Shown here: one piece after another, positions 1-16,887 of the stretch
Layout: each line of letters starts with the position of its first letter
How positions within the stretch are numbered: the first letter of the stretch is position 1
Notes under the pieces: generated by a model
What the model saw: only the letters and a program-made list of their open reading frames with translations
The model's database searches: none
What the model was told of the DNA's origin: nothing
From: Eledone cirrhosa
Taxonomy: Eukaryota
DNA length: 64,000 nt
Reading direction: 5' to 3'
NCBI GenBank assembly: GCA_964016885.1
Contig: OZ024741.1
Coordinates: 411,618,001 to 411,682,000 of the forward strand
Program-made: the position numbers and the translations under genes

Positions 1-3000
1 ACCCACTATCCTCAATACCACCACCACCCACTAACCTCAATACCACCACCACCCACTATCCTCAATACCACCACCACCCACTACCCTCAATATCACCACC
101 ACCACCCACTATCCTCAATACCACCACCTCCCACTACCCTCAATACCACCACCACCCAATACCCTCAATACCACCACCACCCACTACCCTCAATACCACC
201 ACCACCCACTAACCTCAATACCACCACCACCCAATACCCTCAATACCACCACCACCCACTACCCTCAATACCACCACCACCCACTAACCTCAATACCACC
301 ACCACCCACTACCCTCAATACCACCACCACCCACTAACCTCAATATCACCACCACCACCCACTATCCTCAATACCACCACCACCCACTAACCTCAATACC
401 ACCACCACCCACTAACCTCAATACCACCACCACCCACTAACCTCAATATCACCACCTCCCACTACCCTCAATACCACCACCACCACCCACTACCCTCAAT
501 ACCACCACCACCCACTACCCTCAATAACACCACCACCCACTAACCTCAATATCACCACCACCACCCACTATCCTCAATACCACCACCACCCACTACCCTC
601 AATACCACCACCACCCACTATCCTCAATACCACCACCACCCACTAACCTCAATATCACCACCACCACCCACTATCCTCAATACCACCACCACCCACTACC
701 CTCAATACCACCACCACCCACTAACCTCAATACCACCACCACCCACTACCCTCAATACCACCACCACCCACTAACCTCAATATCACCACCACCACCCACT
801 ATCCTCAATACCACCACCACCCACTACCCTCAATACCACCACCACCACCCACTACCCTCAATACCACCACCACCCAATACCCTCAATACCACCACCACCC
901 ACTATCCTCAATACCACCACCACCCACTAACCTCAATATCACCACCACCACCCACTATCCTCAATACCACCACCACCCACTAACCTCAATATCACCACCA
1001 CCACCCACTATCCTCAATACCACCACCACCCACTAACCTCAATACCACCACCACCCACTACCCTCAATACCACCACCACCCACTACCCTCAATACCACCA
1101 CCACCCAATACCCTCAATACCACCACCACCCACTATCCTCAATACCACCACCACCACCCACTATCCTCAATACCACCACCACCACCACCCACTATCCTCA
1201 ATACCACCACCACCACCACCCACTAACCTCAATATCACCACCACCACCCACTATCCTCAATACCACCACCACCACCACCCACTACCCTCAATACCACCAC
1301 CACCCACTATGCTCAATACCACCACCACCACCACCCACTACCCTCAATACCACCACCACCACCCACTACCCTCAATACCACCACCACCCACTACCCTCAA
1401 TACCACCACCACCACCCACTACACTCAATCCCACCAACACCACCCACTACCCTCAATACCACCACCACCACCCACTACCCTCAATACCACCACCACCACC
1501 CACTACACTCAATCCCACCACCACCACCCACTACCCTCAATACCACCACCACCACCCACTACACTCAATACCACCACCACCCACTACCCTCAATACCACC
1601 ACCACCACCCACTACCCTCAATACCACCACCACCACCCATTACCCTCAATATCACCACCACCCACTACCCTCAATACCACCACCACCACCCACTACCCTC
1701 AATACCACCACCACCCACTACCCTCAATACCACCACCACCACCACCCACTACACTCAATACCACCACCACCACCCACTACCCTCAATACCACCACCACCA
1801 CCCACTACACTCAATACCACCACCACCACCCACTAACCTCAATACCACCACCACCACCCACTACACTCAATACCACCACCACCACCCACTAACCTCAATA
1901 CCACCACCACCACCACCCACTACCCTCAATACCACCACCACCACCCACTACCCTCAATACCACCACCACCACCCACTACCCTCAATACCACCACCACCAC
2001 CCACTACACTCAATACCACCACCACCCACTACCCTCAATACCACCACCACCACCCACTACCCTCAATACCACCACCACCCACTACCCTCAATACCACCAC
2101 CACCCACTACCCTCAATACCACCACCACCCACTACCCTCAATACAAGCACCACCACCCACTACCCTCAATACCACCACCACACACTACCCTCAATACCAC
2201 CACCACCACCCACTACCCTCAATATCACCACCACCACCCACTACACTCAATACCACCACCACCACCCACTACCCTCAATACCACCACCACCCACTACCCT
2301 CAATACCACCGGCACCACCCACTACCCTCAATACCACCACCAGCACCCACTACCCTCAATACCACCACCACCACCCACTACCCTCAATACCACCACCACC
2401 ACCCTCAATACCACCACCACCACCCACTACCCTCAATACCACCACCACCCACTACCCTCAATACCACCACCACCACCCTCAATACCACCACCACCACCAC
2501 CATACTCAACACCAACACCACCACCCACTACCCTCAATACCACCACCACCACCCACTACCCTCAATACCATCACCACCACACACTACCCTCAATACCACC
2601 ACCACCACCACCATACTCAACACCAACACCACCACCCACTACCCCCAATACCACCACCACCACCCACTACCCTCAATACCACCACCACCACCCACTACCC
2701 TCAATACCACCACCACCACCCACTATCCTCAATACCACCACCACCACCCACTACCCTCAATACCACCACCACCACCCACTATCCTCAATACCACCACCAC
2801 CACCCACTACCCTCAATACCACCACCACCACCCACTACCCTCAATACCACCAACACCACCCACTACCCTCAATACCACCACCACCACCCACTACACTCAA
2901 TACCACCACCACCCACTACCCTCAATACCACCACCACCCACTACCCTCAATACCACCACCACCACCCACTACCCTCAATACCACCACCACCCACTACCCT

Positions 3001-6000
3001 CAATACCACCACCACCCACTACCCTCAATACCACCACCACCCACTACCCTCAATACCACCACCACCACCCACTACCCTCAATATCACCACCACCACCCAC
3101 TACCCTCAATATCACCACCACCACCCACTACCCTCAATACCACCACCACCCACTACCCTCAATACCACCACCACCACCCACTACCCTCAATACAAGCACC
3201 ACCACACACTACCCTCAATACCACCACCACCCACTACCCTCAATATCACCAGCACCACCCACTACCCTCAATAGCACCACCACCCACTACCCTCAATACC
3301 ACCGCCACCCACTACCCTCAATACCACCACCACCACCCACTACCCTCAATACAAGCACCACCACACACTACCCTCAATACCACCACCACCCACTACCCTC
3401 AATATCACCAGCACCACCCACTACACTCAATACCACCACCACCCACTACCCTCAATACCACCACCACCCACTACCCTCAATACCACCACCACCCACTACC
3501 CTCAATATCACCACCACCACCCACTACCCTCAATATCACCACCACCACCCACTACCCTCAATACCACCACCACCCACTACCCTCAATACCACCACCACCA
3601 CCCACTACCCTCAATACAAGCACCACCACACACTACCCTCAATACCACCACCACCCACTACCCTCAATATCACCAGCACCACCCACTACCCTCAATACCA
3701 CCGCCACCCACTACCCTCAATACCACCACCACCCACTACCCTCAATATCACCAGCACCACCCACTACCCTCAATACCACCACCACCCACTACCCTCAATA
3801 TCACCAGCACCACCCACTACCCTCAATACCACCACCACCCACTACCCTCAATACCACCACCACCCACTACCCTCAATATCACCAGCACCACCCACTACCC
3901 TCAATACCACCACCACCCACTACCCTCAATATCACCAGCACCACCCACTACCCTCAATACCACCACCACCCACTACCCTCAATACCACCACCACCCACTA
4001 CCCTCAATATCACCAGCACCACCCACTACCCTCAATACCACCACCACCCACTACCCTCAATACCACCACCACCCACTACCCTCAATACCACCACCACCAC
4101 CCACTACCCTCAATACAAGCACCACCACACACTACCCTCAATACCACCACCACCCACTACCCTCAATATCACCAGCACCACCCACTACCCTCAATACCAC
4201 CGCCACCCACTACCCTCAATACCACCACCACCCACTACCCTCAATATCACCAGCACCACCCACTACCCTCAATACCACCACCACCCACTACCCTCAATAT
4301 CACCAGCACCACCCACTACCCTCAATACCACCACCACCCACTACCCTCAATACCACCACCACCCACTACCCTCAATATCACCAGCACCACCCACTACCCT
4401 CAATACCACCGCCACCCACTACCCTCAATACCACCACCACCCACTACCCTCAATATCACCAGCACCACCCACTACCCTCAATACCACCACCACCCACTAC
4501 CCTCAATATCACCAGCACCACCCACTACCCTCAATACCACCACCACCCACTACCCTCAATACCACCACCACCCACTACCCTCAATATCACCACCACCACC
4601 CACTACCCTCAATACCACCACCACCCACTACCCTCAATACCACCACCACCCACTACACTCAATACCACCACCACCCACTACCCTCAATACCACCACCACC
4701 CACTACCCTCAATATCACCACCACCACCCACTACCCTCAATACCACCACCACCCACTACACTCAATACCACCACCACCCACTACCCTCAATACCACCACC
4801 ACCCACTACCCTCAATACCACCACCACCCACTACACTCAATACCACCACCTCCCACTACCCTCAATACCACCACCACCCACTACCCTCAATACCACCACC
4901 ACCCACTACCCTCAATACCACCACCACCCACTACCCTCAATACCACCACCACCACCCACTACCCTCAATATCACCACCACCACCCACTACCCTCAATACC
5001 ACCACCACCACCCACTACCCTCAATACAAGCACCACCACCCACTACCCTCAATACCACCACCACCCACTACCCTCAATACCACCACCACCCACTACCCTC
5101 AATATCACCAGCACCACCCACTACCCTCAATACCACCACCACCCACTACCCTCAATACCACCACCACCTCCCACTACACTCAATACCACCACCACCCACT
5201 ACCCTCAATACCACCACTTCCCACTACCCTCAATACCACCACCACCCACTACCCTCAATACCACCACCACCACACACTACCCTCAATACCACCACCACCC
5301 ACTACCCTCAATACCACCACCACCCACTACCCTCAATACCACCACCACCACACACTACCCTCAATACCAGCACCACCCACTACCCTCAATAGCACCACCA
5401 CCCACTACCCTCAATACCACCGCCACCCACTACCCTCAATACCACCACCACCCACTACCCTCAATACCACCACCACCACCCACTACCCTCAATACCACCA
5501 CCACCCACTACCCTCAATACCACCACCACCCACTACCCTCAATACCACCACCACCACCCACTACCCTCAATACCACCACTTCCCACTACACTCAATACCA
5601 CCACCACCCACTACCCTCAATACCACCACCACCCACTACCCTCAATATCACCACCACCACCCACTACCCTCAATATCACCACCACCCACTACCCTCAATA
5701 CCACCACCACCCACTACCCTCAATACCACCAGCACCACCCACTACCCTCAATACCACCACCACCCACTACCCTCAATACCACCACCACCCACTACCCTCA
5801 ATACCACCACCTCCCACTACCCTCAATACCACCACCACCACCCACTACCCTCAATACCACCACCACCCACTACCCTCAATACCACCACCACCACCCACTA
5901 CCCTCAATACCACCACCACCCACTACCCTCAATACCACCACCACCACCCACTACCCTCAATACCACCACCACCCACTACCCTCAATACCACCACCACCCA

Positions 6001-9000
6001 CTACCCTCAATACCACCACCACCCACTACCCTCAATACCACCACCACCACCCACTACACTCAATACCACCACCACCACCCACTACCCTCAATACCACCAC
6101 CACCACCCACTACCCTCAATACCACCACCACCCACTACCCTCAATACCACCACCACCACCCACTACCCTCAATACCACCACCACCCACTACCCTCAATAC
6201 CACCACCACCACCCACTACCCTCAATACCACCACCACCCACTACCCTCAATACCACCACCACCACCCACTACCCTCAATACCACCACCACCCACTACCCT
6301 CAATACCACCACCACCCACTACCCTCAATACCACCACCTCCCACTACCCTCAATACCACCACCACCACCCACTACCCTCAATACCACCACCACCCACTAC
6401 CCTCAATACCACCACCACCACCCACTACCCTCAATACCACCACCACCCACTACCCTCAATACCACCACCACCACCCACTACCCTCAATACCACCACCACC
6501 CACTAACCTCAATATCACCACCACCACCCACTACCCTCAATACCACACCACCCACTACCCTCAATACCACCACCACCACCCACTACACTCAATACCACCA
6601 CCACCACCCACTACCCTCAATACCACCACCACCACCCACTACCCTCAATACCACCACCACCCACTACCCTCAATACCACCACCACCACCCACTACCCTCA
6701 ATACCACCACCACCCACTACCCTCAATACCACCACCACCACCCACTACCCTCAATACCACCACCACCCACTACCCTCAATACCACCACCTCCCACTACCC
6801 TCAATACCACCACCACCACCCACTACCCTCAATACCACCACCACCCACTACCCTCAATACCACCACCACCACCCACTACCCTCAATACCACCACCACCCA
6901 CTACCCTCAATACCACCACCTCCCACTACCCTCAATACCACCACCACCACCCACTACCCTCAATACCACCACCACCCACTACCCTCAATACCACCACCAC
7001 CACCCACTACCCTCAATACCACCACCACCCACTACCCTCAATACCACCACCACCACCCACTACCCTCAATACCACCACCACCCACTACCCTCAATACCAC
7101 CACCACCCACTACCCTCAATACCACCACCACCCACTACCCTCAATACCACCACCACCACCCACTACACTCAATACCACCACCACCACCCACTACCCTCAA
7201 TACCACCACCACCACCCACTACCCTCAATATCACCACCACCCACTACCCTCAATACCACCACCACCCACTACCCTCAATACCACCACCACCACCCACTAC
7301 CCTCAATACCACCACCACCCACTACCCTCAATACCACCACCACCCACTACCCTCAATACCACCACCACAACCCACTACCCTCAATACCACCACCACCCAC
7401 TACCCTCAATATCACCACCACCACCCACTACCCTCAATATCACCACTACCCACTACCCTCAATACCACCACCACCCACTACCCTCAATACCACCACCACC
7501 CACTACCCTCAATACCACCACCACCCACTTACCCTCAATACCACCACCACCACCCACTACCCTCAATACCACCACCACCCACTACCCTCAATACCACCAC
7601 CACCCACTATCCTCAATACCACCACCACCACCCACTACCCTCAATACCACCACCACCACCCACTACCCTCAATACCACCACCACCCACTACCCTCAATAC
7701 CACCACCACCCACTACCCTCAATACCACCACCACCCACTACCCTCAATACCACCACCACCACCCACTACCCTCAATACCACCACCACCCACTACCCTCAA
7801 TATCACCACCACCACCCACTACCCTCAATATCACCACTACCCACTACCCTCAATACCACCACCACCCACTACCCTCAATACCACCACCACCCACTACCCT
7901 CAATACCACCACCACCCACTACCCTCAATACCACCACCACCCACTATCCTCAATACCACCACCACCACCCACTACCCTCAATACCACCATTACCACCCAC
8001 TACCCTCAATACCACCACCACCACCCACTACCCTCAATACCACCACCACCACCCACTACCCTCAATACCACCACCACCCACTACCCTCAATACCACCACC
8101 ACCCACTATCCTCAATACCACCACCACCACCCACTAACCTCAATACCACCATTACCACCCACTATCCTCAATACCACCACCACCACCCACTACCCTCAAT
8201 ACCACCATTACCACCCACTACCCTCCTTACCACCACCACCACCCACTACCCTCAATACCACCACCACCCACTACCCTCAATATCACCACCACCACCCACT
8301 ACCCTCAATACCACCACCACCCACTACCCTCAATACCACCACCACCACCCACTACCCTCAATACCACCACCACCACCCACTACCCTCAATACCACCACCA
8401 CCACCCACTACACTCAATACCACCACCACCCACTACCCTCAATACCACCACCACCCACTACCCTCAATATCACCACCACCACCCACTACCCTCAATACCA
8501 CCACCACCCACTACCCTCAATACCACCACCACCCACTACCCTCAATACCACCACCACCCACTACCCTCAATACCACCACCACCCACTACCCTCAATACCA
8601 CCACCACCACCCACTACCCTCAATTCACCACCACCACCCACTACCCTCAATATCACCACCACCACCCACTACCCTCAATACCACCACCACCCACTACCCT
8701 CAATACCACCACCACCACCCACTACCCTCAATACAAGCACCACCACCCTCAATACCACCACCACCCACTACCCTCAATATCACCAGCACCACCCACTACC
8801 CTCAATAGCACCACCACCCACTACCCTCAATACCACCGCCACCCACTACCCTCAATACCACCACCACCACCCACTACCCTCAATACCACCACCACCCACT
8901 ACCCTCAATACCACCACCACCACACACTACCCTCAATACCACCACCACCCACTACCCTCAATATCACCAGCACCACCCACTACCCTCAATAGCACCACCA

Positions 9001-12000
9001 CCCACTACCCTCAATACCACCGCCACCCACTACCCTCAATACCACCACCACCCACTACCCTCAATACCACCACCACCACCCACTACCCTCAATACCACCA
9101 CCACCCACTACCCTCAATACCACCACCACCCACTACCCTCAATACCACCACCACCCACTACCCTCAATACCACCACCTCCCACTACCCTCAATACCACCA
9201 CCACCACCCACTACCCTCAATACCACCACCACCCACTACCCTCAATACCACCACCACCACCCACTACCCTCAATACCACCACCACCCACTACCCTCAATA
9301 CCACCACCACCCACTACCCTCAATACCACCACCACCACCCACTACCCTCAATACCACCACCACCCACTACCCTCAATACCACCACCACCACCCACTACCC
9401 TCAATACCACCACCACCCACTACCCTCAATACCACCACCACCCACTACCCTCAATACCACCACCACCACCCACTACCCTCAATACCACCACCACCCACTA
9501 CCCTCAATACCACCACCACCACCCACTACCCTCAATACCACCACCACCCACTACCCTCAATACCACCACCACCACCCACTACACTCAATACCACCACCAC
9601 CACCCACTACCCTCAATACCACCACCACCCACTACCCTCAATACCACCACCACCACCCACTACCCTCAATACCACCACCACCACCCACTACCTCAATACC
9701 ACCACCACCACCCACTACCCTCAATACCACCACCACCCACTACCCTCAATACCACCACCACCACCCACTACCCTCAATACCACCACCACCCACTACCCTC
9801 AATACCACCACCACCCACTACCCTCAATACCACCACCACCACCCACTACCCTCAATACCACCACCACCCACTACCCTCAATACCACCACCACCACCCACT
9901 ACCCTCAATACCACCACCACCCACTACCCTCAATACCACCACCACCACCCACTACACTCAATACCACCACCACCACCCACTACCCTCAATACCACCACCA
10001 CCACCCACTACCCTCAATACCACCACCACCCCACTACCCTCAATACCACCACCACCCACTACCCTCAATACCACCACCACCACCCACTACCCTCAATACC
10101 ACCACCACCCACTACCCTCAATACCACCACCACCACCCACTACCCTCAATACCACCACCACCACCCACTACCCTCAATACCACCACCACCCACTACCCTC
10201 AATACCACCACCACCCACTACCCTCAATACCACCACCACCACCCACTACCCTCAATACCACCACCACCCACTACCCTCAATATCACCACCACCACCCACT
10301 ACCCTCAATATCACCACCACCCACTACCCTCAATACCACCACCACCCACTACCCTCAATACCACCACCACCCACTACCCTCAATACCACCACCACCCACT
10401 ACCCTCAATACCACCACCACCCACTACCCTCAATACCACCACCACCACCCACTACCCTCAATACCACCACCACCCACTACCCTCAATACCACCACCACCC
10501 ACTATCCTCAATACCACCACCACCACCCACTACCCTCAATACCACCATTACCACCCACTACCCTCAATACCACCACCACCACCCACTACCCTCAATACCA
10601 CCACCACCACCCACTACCCTCAATACCACCACCACCCACTACCCTCAATACCACCACCACCCACTACCCTCAATACCACCACCACCACCCACTACCCTCA
10701 ATACCACCACCACCCACTACCCTCAATACCACCACCACCCACTACCCTCAATACCACCACCACCACCCACTACCCTCAATACCACCACCACCCACTACCC
10801 TCAATACCACCACCACCCACTATCCTCAATACCACCACCACCACCCACTAACCTCAATACCACCATTACCACCCACTATCCTCAATACCACCACCACCAC
10901 CCACTACCCTCAATACCACCATTACCACCCACTACCCTCCTTACCACCACCACCACCCACTACCCTCAATACCACCACCACCACCCACTACCCTCAATAC
11001 CACCACCACCAACCACTATCCTCAATACCACCACCTCCCACTACACTCAATACCACCACCACCACCCACTAGACTCAATACCACCACCACCACCCACTAC
11101 CCTCAATACCACCACCACCACCCACTACCCTCTATACCACCACCACCACCCACCACCCTCAATACCACCACCACCACCCACTACCCTCAATACCACCACC
11201 ACCACCCACTATCCTCAATACCACCACCACCACCCACTACCCTCAATACCACCAGCACCACCCACTACCCTCAATACCACCACCACCACCCACTATTCTC
11301 AATATCACCACCACCACCCTCTACCCTCAATACCACCACCACCACCCACTACCCTCAATACCACCACCACCACCCACTACCCTCAATACCACCACCACCA
11401 CCCACTACCCTCAATACCACCTCCACCACCCACTACCCTCAATACCACCACCACCACCCACTATCCTCAATACCACCACCACCACCCACTACCCTCAATA
11501 CCACCACCACCACCCACTATCCTCAATACCACCAGCACCACCCACTACCCTCAATACCACCACCACCCACTAACCTCAATACCACCACCACCCACTACCC
11601 TCAATACCACCACCACCACCCACTACCCTCAATACCACCACCACCACCCACTACACTCAATACCACCACCACCACCCACTACCCTCAATACCACCACCAC
11701 CCATTACCCTCAATACCACCACCACCCACTACCCTCAATACCACCACCACCCACTACCCTCAATACCACCACCTCCCACTACCCTCAATACCACCACCAC
11801 CACCCACTACCCTCAATACCACCACCACCCACTACCCTCAATACCACCACCACCCACTACCCTCAATACCACCACCACCCACTACCCTCAATATCACCAC
11901 CACCACCCACTACCCTCAATATCACCACCACCACCCACTAACCTCAATACCACCACCACCCACTACCCTCAATACCACCACCACCCACTACCCTCAATAC

Positions 12001-15000
12001 CACCACCTCCCACTACCCTCAATACCACCACCACCCACTACCCTCAATATCACCACCACCACCCACTAACCTCAATACCACCACCACCACCCACTACCCT
12101 CAATACCACCACCACCCACTACCCTCAATATCACCACCACCACCCACTAACCTCAATACCACCACCACCACCCACTACCCTCAATACCACCACCACCACC
12201 CACTACCCTCAATACCACCACCACCCACTACCCTCAATACCACCACCACCCAATACCCTCAATACCACCACCACCCACTATCCTCAATACCACCACCACC
12301 CACTACCCTCAATACCACCACCACCCACTATCCTCAATACCACCACCTCCCACTACCCTCAATACCACCACCACCCACTACCCTCAATACCACCACCACC
12401 CACTACCCTCAATACCACCACCACCCACTACCCTCAATACCACCACCACCACCCACTACCCTCAATACCACCACCACCACCCACTACCCTCAATACAAGC
12501 ACCACCACACACTACCCTCAATATCACCAGCACCACCCACTACCCTCAATACCACCACCACCACCCACTACCCTCAATACCACCACCACCCACTACCCTC
12601 AATACCACCCCCACCCACTACCCTCAATACCACCACCACCCACTACCCTCAATACCACCCCCACCCACTACCCTCAATATCACCACCACCACCACCCACT
12701 ACCCTCAATACCACCACCACCCACTACCCTCAATATCACCACCACCACCCACTACCCTCAATATCACCACCACCCACTACCCTCAATATCACCACCACCC
12801 ACTACCCTCAATACCACCACCACCCACTACCCTCAATATCACCACCACCCACTACCCTCAATACCACCACCACCCACTACCCTCAATACCACCACCACCC
12901 ACTACCCTCAATACCACCACCACCCACTACCCTCAATACCACCACCACCCACTACCCTCAATACCACCACCACCCACTACCCTCAATATCACCACCACCC
13001 ACTACCCTCAATATCACCACCACCCACTACCCTCAATACCACCACCACCCACTACCCTCAATATCACCACCACCCACTACCCTCAATACCACCACCACCC
13101 ACTACCCTCAATATCACCACCACCCACTACCCTCAATACCACCACCACCCACTACCCTCAATACCACCACCACCCACTACCCTCAATACCACCACCACCC
13201 ACTACCCTCAATATCACCACCACCCACTACCCTCAATACCACCACCACCCACTACCCTCAATACCACCACCACCACCCACTACCCTCAATACCACCACCA
13301 CCCACTACCCTCAATATCACCACCACCCACTACCCTCAATACCACCACCACCACCCACTACCCTCAATACCACCACCACCCACTACCCTCAATACCACCA
13401 CCACCCACTACCCTCAATACCACCACCACCCACTACCCTCAATACCACCACCACCCACTACCCTCAATACCACCACCACCCACTACCCTCAATACCACCA
13501 CCACCACCCACTACCCTCAATACCACCACCACCCACTACCCTCAATACCACCACCACCCACTACCCTCAATACCACCACCACCCACTACCCTCAATACCA
13601 CCACCACCCACTACCCTCAATACCACCACCACCCACTATCCTCAATACCACCACCACCCACTACCCTCAATACCACCACCACCCACTACCCTCAATACCA
13701 CCACCACCCACTACCCTCAATACCACCACCCACTACCCTCAATACCACCACCACCCACTACCCTCAATACCACCACCACCCACTACCCTCAATACCACCA
13801 CCACCACCCACTACCCTCAATACCACCACCACCCACTACCCTCAATACCACCACCACCCACTACCCTCAATACCACCACCCACTACCCTCAATACCACCA
13901 CCACCCACTACCCTCAATACCACCACCACCCACTACCCTCAATACCACCACCACCCACTACCCTCAATACCACCACCACCCACTACCCTCAACTCCACCA
14001 CCACCACCCACTACCCTCAATACCACCATTACCACCCACTACCCTCCTTACCACCACCACCCACTACCCTCAATACCACCACCACCACCCACTACCCTCA
14101 ATACCACCACCACCACCCACTACCCTCAATACCACCACCACCACCCACTACCCTCAATACCACCACCACCACCCACTACCCTCAATACCACCACCACCAC
14201 CCACTACCCTCAATACCACCACCACCCACTACCCTCAATACCACCACCACCACCCACTACCCTCAATACCACCATTACCACCCACTACCCTCCTTACCAC
14301 CACCACCACCACCCACTACCCTCAATACCACCACCACCCACTACCCTCAATACCACCACCACCCACTACCCTCAACTCCACCACCACCACCCACTACCCT
14401 CAATACCACCATTACCACCCACTACCCTCCTTACCACCACCACCACCACCCACTACCCTCAATACCACCACCACCACCCACTACCCTCAATACCACCACC
14501 ACCACCCACTACCCTCAATACCACCACCACCACCCACTACCCTCAATACCACCACCACCACCCACTACCCTCAATACCACCACCACCACCCACTACCCTC
14601 AATACCACCACCACCACCCACTACCCTCAATACCACCACCACCACCCACTACCCTCAATACCACCACCACCACCCACTACCCTCAATACCACCACCACCA
14701 CCCACTACCCTCAATACCACCACCACCACCCACTACCCTCAATACCACCACCACCACCCACTACCCTCAATACCACCACCACCACCCACTACCCTCAATA
14801 CCACCACCACCCACTACCCTCAATACCACCACCACCACCCACTACCCTCAATACCACCATTACCACCCACTACCCTCCTTACCACCACCACCACCACCCA
14901 CTACCCTCAATACCACCACCACCCACTACCCTCAATACCACCACCACCCACTACCCTCAACTCCACCACCACCACCCACTACCCTCAATACCACCACCAC

Positions 15001-16638
15001 CACCCACTACCCTCAATACCACCATTACCACCCACTACCCTCCTTACCACCACCACCACCACCCACTACCCTCAATACCACCACCACCCACTACCCTCAA
15101 TACCACCACCACCCACTACCCTCAACTCCACCACCACCACCCACTACCCTCAATACCACCATTACCACCCACTACCCTCCTTACCACCACCACCACCACC
15201 CACTACCCTCAATACCACCACCACCACCCACTACCCTCAATACCACCACCACCCACTACCCTCAATACCACCACCACCCACTACCCTCAATACCACCACC
15301 ACCCACTACCCTCAATACCACCACCACCCACTACCCTCAATACCACCACCACCCACTACCCTCAACTCCACCACCACCACCCACTACCCTCAATACCACC
15401 ATTACCACCCACTACCCTCCTTACCACCACCACCACCACCCACTACCCTCAATACCACCACCACCACCCACTACCCTCAATACCACCACCACCACCCACT
15501 ACCCTCAATACCACCACCACCACCCACTACCCTCAATACCACCACCACCACCCACTACCCTCAATACCACCACCACCCACTACCCTCAATACCACCACCA
15601 CCCACTACCCTCAACTCCACCACCACCACCCACTAACCTCAATACCACCATTACCACCCACTATCCTCAATACCACCACCACCACCCACTACCCTCAATA
15701 CCACCACCACCCACTACCCTCAATACCACCACCACCCACTACCCTCAATACCACCACCACCCACTACCCTCAATACCACCACCACCCACTACCCTCAATA
15801 CCACCACCACCCACTACCCTCAATACCACCACCACCCACTACCCTCAATACCACCACCACCCACTACCCTCAATACCACCACCACCCACTACCCTCAACT
15901 CCACCACCACCACCCACTACCCTCAATACCACCATTACCACCCACTACCCTCCTTACCACCACCACCACCACCCACTACCCTCAATACCACCACCACCAC
16001 CCACTACCCTCAATACCACCACCACCACCCACTACCCTCAATACCACCACCACCACCCACTACCCTCAATACCACCACCACCACCCACTACCCTCAATAC
16101 CACCACCACCACCCACTACCCTCAATACCACCACCACCACACACTACCTTCAATACCACCACCAACACCCACTATTCTCAATACCACCACCACCACCCAC
16201 TACCCTCAATACCACCACCACCACCCACTACCCTCAATACCACCACCACCACACACTACCCTCAATATCACCACCACCACCCAATACCCTCAATACCACC
16301 ACCACCACCCACTACCCTCAACACCACCACCACCCACTACCCTCAATACTACCACCACCACCACCCACTACCCTCAATACCACCGGCACCACCCACTACC
16401 CTCAATACCACCACCACCACCCACTACCCTCAATACCACCACCACCACCCACTACCCTCAATACCACCACCACCACCCACTACCCTCAATACCACCACCA
16501 CCACCCACTACACTCAATACCACCACCAACACCCACTATTCTCAATACCACCACCACCACCCACTACCCTCAATACCACCACCACCACCCACTACACTCA
16601 ATACCACCACCACCACCCACTACCCTCAATACCACCAC
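1..16638. repeat. C/A-rich tandem satellite, unit CACTACCCTCAAT(ACC)4-5 (25/28 bp), truncated by the window start and the gap
   Basis: Unit read directly throughout; the + strand has almost no G; variant units occur (TATCACC, AGCACC, ATTACC, CCTCCTT). Confidence 0.98.
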
Positions 16639-16838
16639 NNNNNNNNNNNNNNNNNNNNNNNNNNNNNNNNNNNNNNNNNNNNNNNNNNNNNNNNNNNNNN
16701 NNNNNNNNNNNNNNNNNNNNNNNNNNNNNNNNNNNNNNNNNNNNNNNNNNNNNNNNNNNNNNNNNNNNNNNNNNNNNNNNNNNNNNNNNNNNNNNNNNNN
16801 NNNNNNNNNNNNNNNNNNNNNNNNNNNNNNNNNNNNNN
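16639..16838. other. Assembly gap (200 N)
   Basis: Run of N; adjacency of the two flanks is not guaranteed. Confidence 1.

Positions 16839-16885
<47 letters not shown>

Positions 16886-16887
<2 letters not shown>

Noticed and set aside
1309-1836. His/Pro/Thr-rich extensin- or mucin-like ORF
   Set aside because: Translation of the 25/28-bp satellite; unit lengths are not multiples of 3 and the ATG comes from a single variant unit.
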